Source: Candidatus Aenigmatarchaeota archaeon (GTDB lineage Archaea; Aenigmatarchaeota; Aenigmatarchaeia; CG10238-14; SCSR01). Taken from it: a stretch of DNA of 64,000 bases. The translations under genes and the position numbers were made by a program. Each line of letters starts with the position of its first letter. Position 1 is the first letter of the stretch. Positions 1-8,196 of this stretch are shown in pieces. The DNA lies in contig JACOWB010000007.1 of NCBI GenBank assembly GCA_016177025.1, positions 7,751 to 71,750 on the forward strand. Reading direction: 5' to 3'. The notes below the pieces were generated by a model. It did no database searches. It was not told where the DNA came from and worked only from the letters and a program-made list of their open reading frames with translations.

Positions 1-1
1 A

Positions 2-205
2 GATGTGAAATACGAGATTCAAAAAATTCACTGGGTGTCAGAACCTAATGTAAAAATCAAGATTGTCATGCCTGACGGCAAAGAATTCAATGCGTTAGCG
101 GAACCTGCAATTAAAAAACTGAAGAAAGGCGGTATTGTACAGTTTCCGAGAATCGGATTTGCAAAACTGGATAAGAATATGACTTTCTACTTTGCTCACA
201 AATAA
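2..205 (+). CDS. gltX: glutamyl-tRNA synthetase, C-terminal fragment (5' end lies outside the window)
   Basis: The frame is open to the window edge. The tail GGIVQFPRIGFAKLD...FYFAHK resembles the QFER-GF C-terminal motif of archaeal/eukaryal-type Glx-tRNA synthetases. Confidence 0.65.
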   Translation, partial: DVKYEIQKIHWVSEPNVKIKIVMPDGKEFNALAEPAIKKLKKGGIVQFPRIGFAKLDKNMTFYFAHK

Positions 206-253
206 AGTATTTAAACGTTTCATCTATATAGAATTAGATGGATGTGGTAATGA

Positions 254-622
254 ATGCCGAAATCGTATATGAAGTTCGATGTACCTAAAGAACTGAGTGA
301 CCGAGTCCTGCAGGCGATAGAAGCAGCGAGGAATACCGGGAAAATAAGAAAAGGAACCAATGAAAGCACTAAAGCTGTGGAGAAAGGTGAAGCTAAATTG
401 CTGGCGATTGCCGGAGATGTTGAACCGGAAGAGATTGTTATGCACCTGCCCCCATTGTGCGACGAGAAGAAAATCCCTTATGTCTATGTGCCTAGCAAGA
501 CGGATTTAGGCAGAGCAGCGGGTCTGGACGTTCCTTCTGCGGCAATATCTATAGTGGAGCCTGGTGAAGGGAAGGAACTGTTGAAAACCGTTGTTGATGA
601 AGTGGAAAAACTAGTAAAGTGA
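254..622 (+). CDS. rpl7ae: 50S ribosomal protein L7Ae (kink-turn RNA binder)
   Basis: 122 aa. [57 protein letters not shown] is the canonical L7Ae/L30e core. Confidence 0.95.
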   Translation: MPKSYMKFDVPKELSDRVLQAIEAARNTGKIRKGTNESTKAVEKGEAKLLAIAGDVEPEEIVMHLPPLCDEKKIPYVYVPSKTDLGRAAGLDVPSAAISIVEPGEGKELLKTVVDEVEKLVK

Positions 623-626
623 TCTT

Positions 627-836
627 GTGGCCGGCGAAGCTTATCCTGCAGAAGTATTGCAACTGCTTGGCAGGACTGGTGTCAAGGGGGTTATGCAGGT
701 AAGATGCAGGGTGCTTGAAGGATCTGACAAAGGAAAAATATTGACAAGAAACGTCGTCGGACCTATCAAGGCAAAGGATATACTCATGCTGAGAGAGACA
801 GAGATGGAAGCTGCCGGAAGAATGGAATCTAGGTAA
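627..836 (+). CDS. rps28e: 30S ribosomal protein S28e
   Basis: GTG start 5 nt after the L7Ae stop. [26 protein letters not shown]...[25 protein letters not shown] matches the S28e pattern. The L7Ae-S28e-L24e order is the conserved archaeal one. Confidence 0.93.
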   Translation: MAGEAYPAEVLQLLGRTGVKGVMQVRCRVLEGSDKGKILTRNVVGPIKAKDILMLRETEMEAAGRMESR

Positions 837-841
837 TTGAC

Positions 842-1018
842 ATGAGGTGCTCATTTTGCGGTTCGGACATTGCAAAAGGAACAGGTAAGATGTTCGTCAA
901 GAATACTGGGGAGATATTTTACTTCGACAAATCAAAATGTGAGAATAATTTTTCCATGGGCAGGGACAAGAAAAAGATAAAGTGGGTCAAACGAGAGAAG
1001 AAAATTAAGAAAAGATGA
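842..1018 (+). CDS. rpl24e: 50S ribosomal protein L24e
   Basis: 58-aa ORF, below the ORF-track cutoff and translated by hand: MRCSFCGSDIAKGTGKMFVKNTGEIFYFDKSKCENNFSMGRDKKKIKWVKREKKIKKR. It has the zinc-ribbon N-terminus typical of L24e. Confidence 0.9.
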   Translation: MRCSFCGSDIAKGTGKMFVKNTGEIFYFDKSKCENNFSMGRDKKKIKWVKREKKIKKR

Positions 1019-1028
1019 TTATTGTTTT

Positions 1029-1116
1029 GGGCTGGTAGGTCAGTCCGGTAGACCGCGTGCATATTTATCAGCACAAGGCATGCATGAAGTCGTGGGTTCA
1101 AATCCCACCCAGTCCA
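1029..1116 (+). tRNA. tRNA-Ala(GGC) with a 14-nt intron (1063-1076) at non-canonical position 33/34
   Basis: Acceptor stem GGGCTGG/CCAGTCC carries the G3:U70 alanine identity pair. D arm is GGTC/GACC and the T arm is GTGGG-TTCAAAT-CCCAC. Anticodon stem is CGTGC/GCATG. Removing ATTTATCAGCACAA leaves the loop AT-GGC-AT. A bulge-helix-bulge (BHB) motif can form, with central helix GTGC(1057-1060)/GCAC(1071-1074) flanked by two 3-nt bulges. No CCA is encoded. Confidence 0.85.
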
Positions 1117-1419
1117 CTATCGAATTTCTATCTTGCCTTCGTCTATTTCTCTAACGATTTCGGCTGGCCGCTTTCCATTTACTAAAACCCCGTTCATAGA
1201 ATTCAGAGTCCCCAAAACAATCTTGACCGCGCCTTTCAAATCCTTCGCGGATAATTTGTCCATTCTTTGCTTCGCTATCTCAACAACTTTCTCGAGTTTG
1301 CCATCGGCGACATATGTTATTCCTTTGGCCTTGTCCTCTTCTGTAATCTTTGCCGTATCTATTTTGAACTCCTTCTTGATCAATTTGACTGTCTCGCTTC
1401 TCGGTTCTTTCTTCGCCAC
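1117..1419 (-). CDS. rpl11: 50S ribosomal protein L11, C-terminal (rRNA-binding) domain only
   Basis: 100 aa. VKLIKKEFKID...LEKVVEIAKQRMDKLSAKDLKGAVKIVLGTLNSMNGVLVNGKRPAEIVREIDEGK aligns with the linker and C-terminal domain of archaeal L11. The N-terminal domain (PPLGPALG motif) is absent. The start codon abuts the Spt5 stop. Confidence 0.85.
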   Translation of the reverse strand: MAKKEPRSETVKLIKKEFKIDTAKITEEDKAKGITYVADGKLEKVVEIAKQRMDKLSAKDLKGAVKIVLGTLNSMNGVLVNGKRPAEIVREIDEGKIEIR

Positions 1420-1860
1420 TTATTTCACCTTCTGCGAGATTTTCACAAATTCAACCGATACCGTGATGGGAATAGGCACTGGCGTCTCTGTGGGCTCCAT
1501 CGTCAATTCTCTTTTCACCTTGTCGTATCTTGTCACTTTACCTTTCTCCCCTTTGAACGGTCCGCCTATAATTTCGATTATGTCGCCTACATTCAGTTCG
1601 ACCTCAACTTTTCTCGGCTGCAAAAATCGTTCTATCTGGGAGATCTCCACAGGCTTCTTTATCAGGCCACGCGAATGCGGGAGGCCTTTGACGGCTTTTT
1701 CGATATCGTCTATGTTCCCCTCGATGAAGACGTATCCTTTGATTTCCTCTGGATGAACAAGAGCCTGGATGCCGAGGCTTTCTGTTCTGGCCTTAGAGAC
1801 GAGCGCATCAATCACGACATTCTCCCTTCCGACCACTGTCTTGACTGTGTATATCATCAC
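1420..1860 (-). CDS. spt5: transcription elongation factor Spt5 (NusG)
   Basis: 146 aa. NGN domain (IYTVKTVVGRENVV...KGYVFIEG) followed by a KOW motif (GDIIEIIGGPFKGEKGKV). The secE-spt5-L11 order is conserved. Confidence 0.93.
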   Translation of the reverse strand: MMIYTVKTVVGRENVVIDALVSKARTESLGIQALVHPEEIKGYVFIEGNIDDIEKAVKGLPHSRGLIKKPVEISQIERFLQPRKVEVELNVGDIIEIIGGPFKGEKGKVTRYDKVKRELTMEPTETPVPIPITVSVEFVKISQKVK

Positions 1861-2027
1861 AATCCACCGATTAAAGCCGATACAAGATAGAACATAAATC
1901 CTATTGCTCCGACTATGGCTATTCCAATGCCGCAGATCCTGACCGTTTCGAGGAACTCTTCCTTGTCGGCCTTTTTTGCAATCGACAGTATTCTGACGTA
2001 ATTTTGCAGTGTTTCTTTAATGTTCAT
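1857..2027 (-). CDS. secE: protein translocase subunit SecE (Sec61-gamma)
   Basis: About 56 aa from the ATG (MNIKETLQNYVRILSIAKKADKEEF...), with a single C-terminal TM helix. It sits upstream of spt5 with a 4-nt overlap. Confidence 0.85.
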   Translation of the reverse strand: MNIKETLQNYVRILSIAKKADKEEFLETVRICGIGIAIVGAIGFMFYLVSALIGGL

Positions 2028-2060
2028 AAAAACAATCAAGAATTTCTATAGTATTTAAAT

Positions 2061-3161
2061 TTACTGTACGTCGACAAAATCAACGCCGAGTATCTTCTCT
2101 ATGTCTTTTTTCTTTTGTTTTTCCCATGGCCTGTCAGGACTGAATATCTGCGGCGACTTGACGCCTGTGACAACAATCAATGTCCTCACACCGTCTCCAA
2201 GCGCTTTGTCTACCTGCACGCCCCATATTATCTTGGCCTCTGGCGAGAGTTTTGAGGAAATCGTCTCTGCTATTTGTTGGGCCTCTCTTATTGTTATGTC
2301 AGGCCCGCCAATAACATTGATCAGTGCGCCGCCTGCGCCGTTGACATCTACAGCCAACAGTGGATTGTTCAGCGCCCTTTCAACAGATTCGAACGCCTTG
2401 TTCTCTGAATTGCTTTCGCCCATGCCTATCATAGCAAGCCCGCCTTCTTTCATTATTGCGCGCACATCAGCGAAATCCAGATTAACCAGACCCGGCTTTG
2501 TCACAAGCTCCGTAATGCCCTTGACCGCGTTGACGAGTATCTCGTCGGCGACTTTGAATGCCGTCACTATGCTGACATCCGGAACGATTTCCAACAGCTT
2601 GTCGTTGGGAATGACTATCAATGTGTCGACAACACCATCCAAATTTTTCAGTCCTTCTCGCGCGTTTACCAATCTTGATCTGCCTTCCATGGCAAATGGA
2701 AGTGTGACTATGGCTACTGTTAAAGCACCCATTTTCTTGGCTATGTCCGCGACGACTGGAGCGCTTCCTGTTCCCGTGCCCCCGCCCAAGCCGCATGTGA
2801 TAAATACCATATCAGCGCCCTGCAGGAACTTTTTAATCTCCTCCTTGCTTTCCTTTGCGGCCTCCATCCCTACTTGCGGATTGGCGCCTGCTCCAAGTCC
2901 TTGCGTGAGATCCCTGCCAATAACCAGCTTCTTGTCGGCCTCTGTATTCAGAAGATCCATTGCGTCGGTATTAAGAGCTATAGTTTCTGCGCCTGTGATG
3001 CCCACTTGCATCAATCTCGTAATAGTGTTACCCCCGCCTCCGCCGCAACCGACAACCTTTATGGTCGTCTGCCTTGCGTCCAGCATTGCCTTGATTTCCA
3101 CGTCATACTCGCTTACTCTTTCTGTCCTCAACGGCCTTTCAGACAATTGCCTTACTCCCAT
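2061..3161 (-). CDS. ftsZ: cell division GTPase FtsZ
   Basis: 366 aa. Contains the tubulin signature GGGTGTGSAP, VVGCGGGGGNTI and NTDAMDL. Confidence 0.97.
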   Translation of the reverse strand: MGVRQLSERPLRTERVSEYDVEIKAMLDARQTTIKVVGCGGGGGNTITRLMQVGITGAETIALNTDAMDLLNTEADKKLVIGRDLTQGLGAGANPQVGMEAAKESKEEIKKFLQGADMVFITCGLGGGTGTGSAPVVADIAKKMGALTVAIVTLPFAMEGRSRLVNAREGLKNLDGVVDTLIVIPNDKLLEIVPDVSIVTAFKVADEILVNAVKGITELVTKPGLVNLDFADVRAIMKEGGLAMIGMGESNSENKAFESVERALNNPLLAVDVNGAGGALINVIGGPDITIREAQQIAETISSKLSPEAKIIWGVQVDKALGDGVRTLIVVTGVKSPQIFSPDRPWEKQKKKDIEKILGVDFVDVQ

Positions 3162-3200
3162 AGAAATCTTATAATTAATTCACACGGCAAAGATATATGC

Positions 3201-3869
3201 TTAATTTTTCTTTTCGAACGTGTCCACAAAATTGACTTTGGCTATGCCATCGACCCATTTCATTATTGTGTCGGCGATGCCTTGTTTAACTTGCTTCGGG
3301 AAGTCGAATTTTTGCGCGTTGATTGTAGCTTCACTGCCATTTACAGTGACGTTAGCGTCCTCGTATTTTATCCCGGTGAAATATCTGACGGCTGATTTTA
3401 TTTTGTCGTTGCTCTCTAGGATTTCCTCCTTGATTTCAACTTCATATTCGATTGCTTTGCCCGCTAAAGGATGGTTGAAATCGACCTTCACCCGTCCGCC
3501 GTCAATTGAAAGGATTTTTCCCTGAAGGCCGTTAAAATTTACCATTCTGCCAGGCGAAGGTTCCATCTTGTTGTCCTTGAAAACCGACATCGGCAGCAAC
3601 TTGATCAATTCTGGATTTTTTTCACCGAATGCCTTATCAGAAGCTAGATTTACTTTTTTCTTTTCGCCTACGTTCAATTCCTTTACGGCGTCCTCCAATC
3701 CAGGAATGAGTTGGCGCGCACCGATAATTATTGGGATCGGACCGTAGTTTGTTTTCTCATTGTATATCCCCGCAAGCTTGGCCATCTCCTCGCTTGTGGT
3801 ATCGAAAACCTCGTCTGTATCCTTGATTCTCCCTGTGAACTCGATGCTGACAAAATCTCCTTCTTTCAT
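3201..3869 (-). CDS. FKBP-type peptidyl-prolyl cis-trans isomerase (SlyD-like long archaeal form)
   Basis: 222 aa. GDFVSIEFTGR..DTDEVFDTT, IIGARQLIPGLEDAV..M.VGEKK and DFNHPLAGK are typical of an FKBP with an IF insert. Confidence 0.88.
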   Translation of the reverse strand: MKEGDFVSIEFTGRIKDTDEVFDTTSEEMAKLAGIYNEKTNYGPIPIIIGARQLIPGLEDAVKELNVGEKKKVNLASDKAFGEKNPELIKLLPMSVFKDNKMEPSPGRMVNFNGLQGKILSIDGGRVKVDFNHPLAGKAIEYEVEIKEEILESNDKIKSAVRYFTGIKYEDANVTVNGSEATINAQKFDFPKQVKQGIADTIMKWVDGIAKVNFVDTFEKKN

Positions 3870-3948
3870 TCTTTCACATTTGCGGAGAAGATTTAAAAAG
3901 ATTCTGTTTTTGTTTCAAGAATTTAAAGTTTAATTTCAATCTCTGATT

Positions 3949-4299
3949 ATGAAATTATTCAAGAGGAAGGAAGACTGGAAAAATAATTTGGATGATGAAA
4001 GCAAGCAACTATTGTCCGAGGTATTGGACTCGACAAAGAAGCATAGATATGCGTATAATTCCGCCGATGATGTGAAGATTGCACAATTATGGACCGCGTT
4101 GGTTGAGTTGAAGAAGGAATTGAATAGAACGAATGAATTATTAGGAAAACTGCAGGAACCGTGGAAGGCTATTGTTTCTGTCGGTGAAGAGGAGAAGAGG
4201 AAGACTGTTGAAAAGCTCGTGCAGGATATTATCAAGCCTGTCGATGAGACGACACAGGAAGCCACGCAGAAGCTTGTGGAAAGCTTGATGAAATTTTAA
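3949..4299 (+). CDS. hypothetical coiled-coil protein
   Basis: 116-aa ORF, charged and helical in composition, with no motif I recognise. The antisense ORF is low-complexity. Confidence 0.5.
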   Translation: MKLFKRKEDWKNNLDDESKQLLSEVLDSTKKHRYAYNSADDVKIAQLWTALVELKKELNRTNELLGKLQEPWKAIVSVGEEEKRKTVEKLVQDIIKPVDETTQEATQKLVESLMKF

Positions 4300-4323
4300 A
4301 TATTGTTATAGCTAATTAAACCT

Positions 4324-4632
4324 ATGGCCGTCTTAAACAAGATTTTGAAATTAAATTCTACACTTAACAAGTGGTCTGGAAAACATCTCAATTGGACCTA
4401 TTTTATAGGCATGGTATTGTTATCGATTGTGGGGATATGGATAGCTCTATTTCTTACTGGTGTCGCTAACAATCTTTTATTTTCGTTGATTCTTCTTATT
4501 GTTGGTATTGATTTTTCCATCTGGATTCTGCGAAGAAAAAATAGGAGTAACTGGTGGTTGTTGTTCTATTTTATAGGTGGTAATTTAATATTTCTACTAT
4601 TGCAGAATAAAAAATCTAAAAGAAAAATGTAA
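4324..4632 (+). CDS. hypothetical small membrane protein
   Basis: 102 aa with 3 hydrophobic segments and a basic C-terminus. Confidence 0.5.
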   Translation: MAVLNKILKLNSTLNKWSGKHLNWTYFIGMVLLSIVGIWIALFLTGVANNLLFSLILLIVGIDFSIWILRRKNRSNWWLLFYFIGGNLIFLLLQNKKSKRKM

Positions 4633-4655
4633 TGTGGTCGTAGATTTGGACTAAA

Positions 4656-4778
4656 TGCAGGGGGTGAGATTTGAACTCACGAAGGCACTAAGCCAGCGGA
4701 TTTCTCATATCATCTTTGCTCAAATCTTAAGTGGATAACTTAAGCCCGCCCCAATTGACCAGGCTATGGGACCCCTGC
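4656..4778 (-). tRNA. tRNA-Leu(UAA) with a 37-nt canonical intron (4702-4738) at position 37/38
   Basis: Reverse complement: acceptor GCAGGGG/CCCCTGC, T arm GTGAG-TTCAAAT-CTCAC, anticodon stem GCGGG/TCCGC and loop CT-TAA-G[intron]A. There is a long variable arm (TGGCTTAGTGCCTTC). BHB motif: CTTA pairs with intron TGAG (one G-U), with 3-nt bulges and an inner helix TATC/GATA. Confidence 0.9.
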
Positions 4779-4827
4779 GTAAGTAATTATAGAACCCGTT
4801 ATCTAATTAACCTTTTCGCTCGAGTCT

Positions 4828-5082
4828 CTAGATTCTCGATCTCAACAAAGGATAGTTTACATTGTGATATATGGTTTTACTGCCATCCGAACTGCGTACC
4901 AATGCTTCCCCGAAAATGATTCCCTGCTCCAATAAATCTTCGACTGGGTACCTGCCTTTTCTGAGAGTATCTGCGGAAATATACCATCCACCAAAACCCG
5001 GCCTGCCATGAAGATTTACATACTCCATAAGACTAATCAGGACATTTCTATTAACTGTATGGAGACCATCTACCATTTTCAC
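4828..5082 (-). CDS. hypothetical protein, translationally coupled to rpoD
   Basis: 84-aa ORF whose ATG overlaps the rpoD stop (ATGA). No motif recognised. Confidence 0.5.
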   Translation of the reverse strand: MKMVDGLHTVNRNVLISLMEYVNLHGRPGFGGWYISADTLRKGRYPVEDLLEQGIIFGEALVRSSDGSKTIYHNVNYPLLRSRI

Positions 5083-5837
5083 TTCAACTTCTTGACAGCC
5101 TTGTCGAATTCCTTTATCTTCTCTTCCAGAATCCCAGCCGATTCCATCACAATATCCTCAACGTCTGAACCGGAAGCTGTTTCAACGTCAAAAAGAAAAC
5201 TGTCGTCTGTCGGTTTGAACGCATCGCCGTCTTCATTTAGTGACTTGCATAATGCGCACTCGACAGGCTGGACATTAATTCCTTTCACGTCTTTCACATG
5301 GAATAAATGATTATCGCATAATTTCATTTCGCCTGCCTTTGATTTGGCTTCGAACAAATTGGTATATCCGACCACGGCTCCCTGCCATTTGGAATGTTCT
5401 TTTCCTAATCCTAGCGTTGCTATAGCTTCGAATTCAATCTCCTGGCCTTCAAACAGCTCAACTATCGGAGTCTTGTCGAAAACTGGGACTATGTCCTTTG
5501 CTTTGGATTTCAAATCGGCGGCATAAACCATCCCAGGACCCTTCTTCTTCAGTGTGAGCTTCACCTGGCACAAACTGCATCCCTTTCCTTCGCACTTGCA
5601 GTCTTTGGTCATATTATAGGATTTCTTGTCGAACTTCAGTGGGATGTGTCCGATCCTGTTAGCGGCAATCTCGTCGTTGAGCACGGAATCATTCTTTACA
5701 AAGTCCACCCATTCGATAGCCATGGTAGGAATCTCGCCCATCATTATCCTTCTAAGCTCATTGGCGAAAGGCGGCTGTACGCCTTCTACGAAAAACTTTA
5801 TTTCTGAATCAGACCGATCAACTATCTGTACCTTCAT
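5079..5837 (-). CDS. rpoD: DNA-directed RNA polymerase subunit D (Rpo3)
   Basis: 252 aa. FANELRRIMMGEIPTMAIEWVDFVKNDSVLNDEIAANRIGHIPL, plus the Cys-rich insert CKCEGKGCSLCQ / CALC typical of archaeal subunit D. Confidence 0.93.
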   Translation of the reverse strand: MKVQIVDRSDSEIKFFVEGVQPPFANELRRIMMGEIPTMAIEWVDFVKNDSVLNDEIAANRIGHIPLKFDKKSYNMTKDCKCEGKGCSLCQVKLTLKKKGPGMVYAADLKSKAKDIVPVFDKTPIVELFEGQEIEFEAIATLGLGKEHSKWQGAVVGYTNLFEAKSKAGEMKLCDNHLFHVKDVKGINVQPVECALCKSLNEDGDAFKPTDDSFLFDVETASGSDVEDIVMESAGILEEKIKEFDKAVKKLK

Positions 5838-5894
5838 CCAACCAACTAACAGTAGAAGAATTGGTTTTTGTAATAATTTAAAGCTTATGCTGGA

Positions 5895-6104
5895 TTACTT
5901 CAAAAGTCTTAGAAATACTAGGATGTCCCTTGCTTTGCCTATTCCTCTGGCCTGAGCCAAATAGGATGTCAGTATCGTCAAAGCCAGTATTCCTGTGACT
6001 ATTGAAATTGCTTTTAGCGAGCTGGCGCCTGTCAGTTCGTAGGCTACCGCAGCGAAAAAGCTAATCAAAATTCCCATCTTGCCGATATCTTTGAATATCC
6101 CCAT
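5895..6104 (-). CDS. hypothetical small membrane protein
   Basis: 69 aa with two hydrophobic helices. Confidence 0.4.
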   Translation of the reverse strand: MGIFKDIGKMGILISFFAAVAYELTGASSLKAISIVTGILALTILTSYLAQARGIGKARDILVFLRLLK

Positions 6105-6231
6105 GGTATCACTTTACCGATAAATAAAATTAGGGAGAAAGGGATATAAAGATTGCTGTTCTGAATTCCATTTGTAGGTATATGAAAAGGTAAAAACAGC
6201 TTTATTTTAAACGAAATCGGCTTGTAACAGC

Positions 6232-6636
6232 TTAGACTCTTCTACCCAAGCGTCCACCTTTCTTTCGAAGCTCGCCGTGGGTTGTAGGCGTCACATCTTC
6301 GATGGTGCCAATTCTAAGCCCTGCACGCGCCAGGCTTCTGATAGCTGGCTGGGCACCCATACCCGGTGACTTGCTATACTGGGATCCTCTGGCTCTAACT
6401 CGTATGTGAATGCCTGTCAGTCCCTTCTCTTTCGCCATCTCAGCCGCTTTCCTGGCCGCCAACATTGCTGGAAACGGCATTCCCTGTTCCCTGTCTTTGT
6501 CCGTCATCATTCCTCCTGAGTATCTGGAGAATGTCTCACTGCCTGTCAGGTCGGTGATGTGAATAATTGTATTGTTGGCTGTGCTATAGATATTAGCCAC
6601 TCCCCATCTTTCCTGTTTACTCGGCTGTTCCACCAT
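6232..6636 (-). CDS. rps11: 30S ribosomal protein S11
   Basis: [26 protein letters not shown]...[10 protein letters not shown]...[28 protein letters not shown] prefer the start at MVEQ. The ORF track extends to 6681, which would overlap S4. Confidence 0.92.
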   Translation of the reverse strand: MVEQPSKQERWGVANIYSTANNTIIHITDLTGSETFSRYSGGMMTDKDREQGMPFPAMLAARKAAEMAKEKGLTGIHIRVRARGSQYSKSPGMGAQPAIRSLARAGLRIGTIEDVTPTTHGELRKKGGRLGRRV

Positions 6637-7120
6637 TAACACCACTTGTATTTGCTTTTTTAACGGGGAGAGTTTTAACAACTATCGCATCTTCCTCAGC
6701 TACCGGTACCATATAACTGGGAAAGGCGACTTTTTTGTTTTCTATCATGACATTGCCGTGCGTTATGAATTGTCTTGCCTGTTTTGGCGTGTTTGCAAAC
6801 CCTTTCTTATGCAACACTGTTTGCAATCTTCGATTGAGGAAATCGTCTATCGTCAACCCAAGTATCGAATCGAGCGCCGAGTCTTTTGTCACAAGCCCGA
6901 ACTTCATCAACCTCTCCATAAGAACTTTTTCCTTTTTTTCATCTTTCCTGGCCGCCAGTTCCCTTGCCAACCTTCTGTACTTCCTCAGCATAGCCTGTGT
7001 CTTCCATATTTCTCTCTTTGATTTGAGCCCGAAGTTTTTGATGATGACTTTTTCCGATTCAATTCTCTCTTTGTCCCATGGTCTTGTTGGCGTCTGGTAT
7101 TTTTTCCTTTGTCTCTTCAT
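6617..7120 (-). CDS. rps4: 30S ribosomal protein S4
   Basis: 167 aa. [21 protein letters not shown]-terminus and an S4 RNA-binding domain ([21 protein letters not shown]). Confidence 0.93.
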   Translation of the reverse strand: MKRQRKKYQTPTRPWDKERIESEKVIIKNFGLKSKREIWKTQAMLRKYRRLARELAARKDEKKEKVLMERLMKFGLVTKDSALDSILGLTIDDFLNRRLQTVLHKKGFANTPKQARQFITHGNVMIENKKVAFPSYMVPVAEEDAIVVKTLPVKKANTSGVNGGTAE

Positions 7121-7124
7121 TCAT

Positions 7125-7730
7125 TCACTTCTTTGTTTGTGCAGGTGGTGGTGCGGGCGTGGCGGTTGCCGGAGCTTGCTTCTGCAGTGCAACTTTTTTA
7201 AGTACGCCTACTGTTCTGCCGGTGACTCGAAATGTGCTTCTTGTCCTCTGACCTCTGACCGGCTGCCCAAGCATATGCCTCCAACCTTTGTATGTCTTCA
7301 GGTTGATATAACGCTGGATGTCGAACTTTTTTGCGATATCCAAGTCCGAACTCGTTAGATGCATATCCAGTCCTGTCTCGCGGTCCTTTCTTCTGTTGAC
7401 CAAAAAGGGAGGAATGCCGAAATTTATCGGGTTCTTTATCGCGCTTTCCAATGTGCCAATCTCGGACTCGGTGAGGTCCCCCAGTTTCCTGTTAGGAGCA
7501 AGCTTGGATGCAAGACAGATTGCCATGCTTGCCGCAACACCTATGCCTCTTATTTTTCTAAGAGCTCGCACGACCGGTTTTCCGCCGTCAAGGTCTGTTC
7601 CTGCAACACGAATTATAAATTGCGGTATATCCCTAGCTTCAGGTCTTTTCTTGTCTTCTTTCTTCTCTTCCTTAATTTCCTTTCCCTTTTCCTTTGCGGA
7701 ATCCTTCGCTTTTATTTTCGTCGAACCCAT
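7125..7730 (-). CDS. rps13: 30S ribosomal protein S13 with Lys-rich N- and Pro/Ala-rich C-terminal extensions
   Basis: Core is IIRVAGTDLDGGKPVVRALRKIRGIGVAASMAI...YKGWRHMLGQPVRGQRTRS. At 201 aa it is longer than the roughly 150 aa typical of archaeal S13. Confidence 0.9.
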   Translation of the reverse strand: MGSTKIKAKDSAKEKGKEIKEEKKEDKKRPEARDIPQFIIRVAGTDLDGGKPVVRALRKIRGIGVAASMAICLASKLAPNRKLGDLTESEIGTLESAIKNPINFGIPPFLVNRRKDRETGLDMHLTSSDLDIAKKFDIQRYINLKTYKGWRHMLGQPVRGQRTRSTFRVTGRTVGVLKKVALQKQAPATATPAPPPAQTKK

Positions 7731-7814
7731 CTTATCACAGAGATTTTAATCTATAGGAATTTAAGCCTTATAAGAATATAGAAAAGACTGGACAAAATCA
7801 AAAATTTCTTTGAA

Positions 7815-8111
7815 CTACACCTTCAAATCCTTTTTCCAGTCTCTTAGCGAGTCCAGCACTAGGTATACTAGTGCAATTACCGCCACTACTTCACCCAGCA
7901 GTTGCGCTACATTGCCGACTAGCGAATTGACAGACAGTCCGTACACATCTGGCAAAGTGAATACGCCCGCGACTAGAAACAGAAGACCCGCCGATGCCAA
8001 AAGTCTGAAAGCATGTGGTCTGCTTTGTCTGTACTTGGAGTATTCTGCCAAGGCGACTACTACAAAGATCGCAACTGCTAAATTTATAGTAGCTACGTCG
8101 AAGAACACCAT
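7815..8111 (-). CDS. hypothetical membrane protein
   Basis: 98 aa with 3 predicted TM helices. Confidence 0.45.
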   Translation of the reverse strand: MVFFDVATINLAVAIFVVVALAEYSKYRQSRPHAFRLLASAGLLFLVAGVFTLPDVYGLSVNSLVGNVAQLLGEVVAVIALVYLVLDSLRDWKKDLKV

Positions 8112-8196
8112 TTTTCACCTTATAAATTATTAACGTTTATAAATATTAAATACGTAGTTGGATTGTCCCGTTGGACTGCCTAGGCAGGAGGGTAAT

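Noticed and set aside
1133-1890. Two 207-aa plus-strand ORFs opposite L11 and Spt5
   Set aside because: They are antisense shadows of conserved minus-strand genes, with low-complexity hydrophobic translations.
2101-3174. 357-aa plus-strand ORF covering the whole ftsZ locus
   Set aside because: It is the antisense shadow of a highly conserved gene. Its product is low-complexity (Ser/Thr/Pro/Ala/Ile-rich) with no motif, whereas the minus-strand frame encodes a textbook FtsZ.
4731-4919. 62-aa plus-strand ORF
   Set aside because: Its 5' part is antisense to tRNA-Leu (4656-4778) and the rest overlaps the 84-aa minus-strand ORF. There is no supporting signal.
8176-8187. Palindrome CTGCCTAGGCAG in the L1 leader, considered as an L1 autoregulatory mRNA site
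   Set aside because: A 2-nt loop cannot form a hairpin, and I cannot match it to the 23S L1-stalk mimic known from Methanococcus. It overlaps the GGAGG ribosome-binding site, but the evidence is insufficient.
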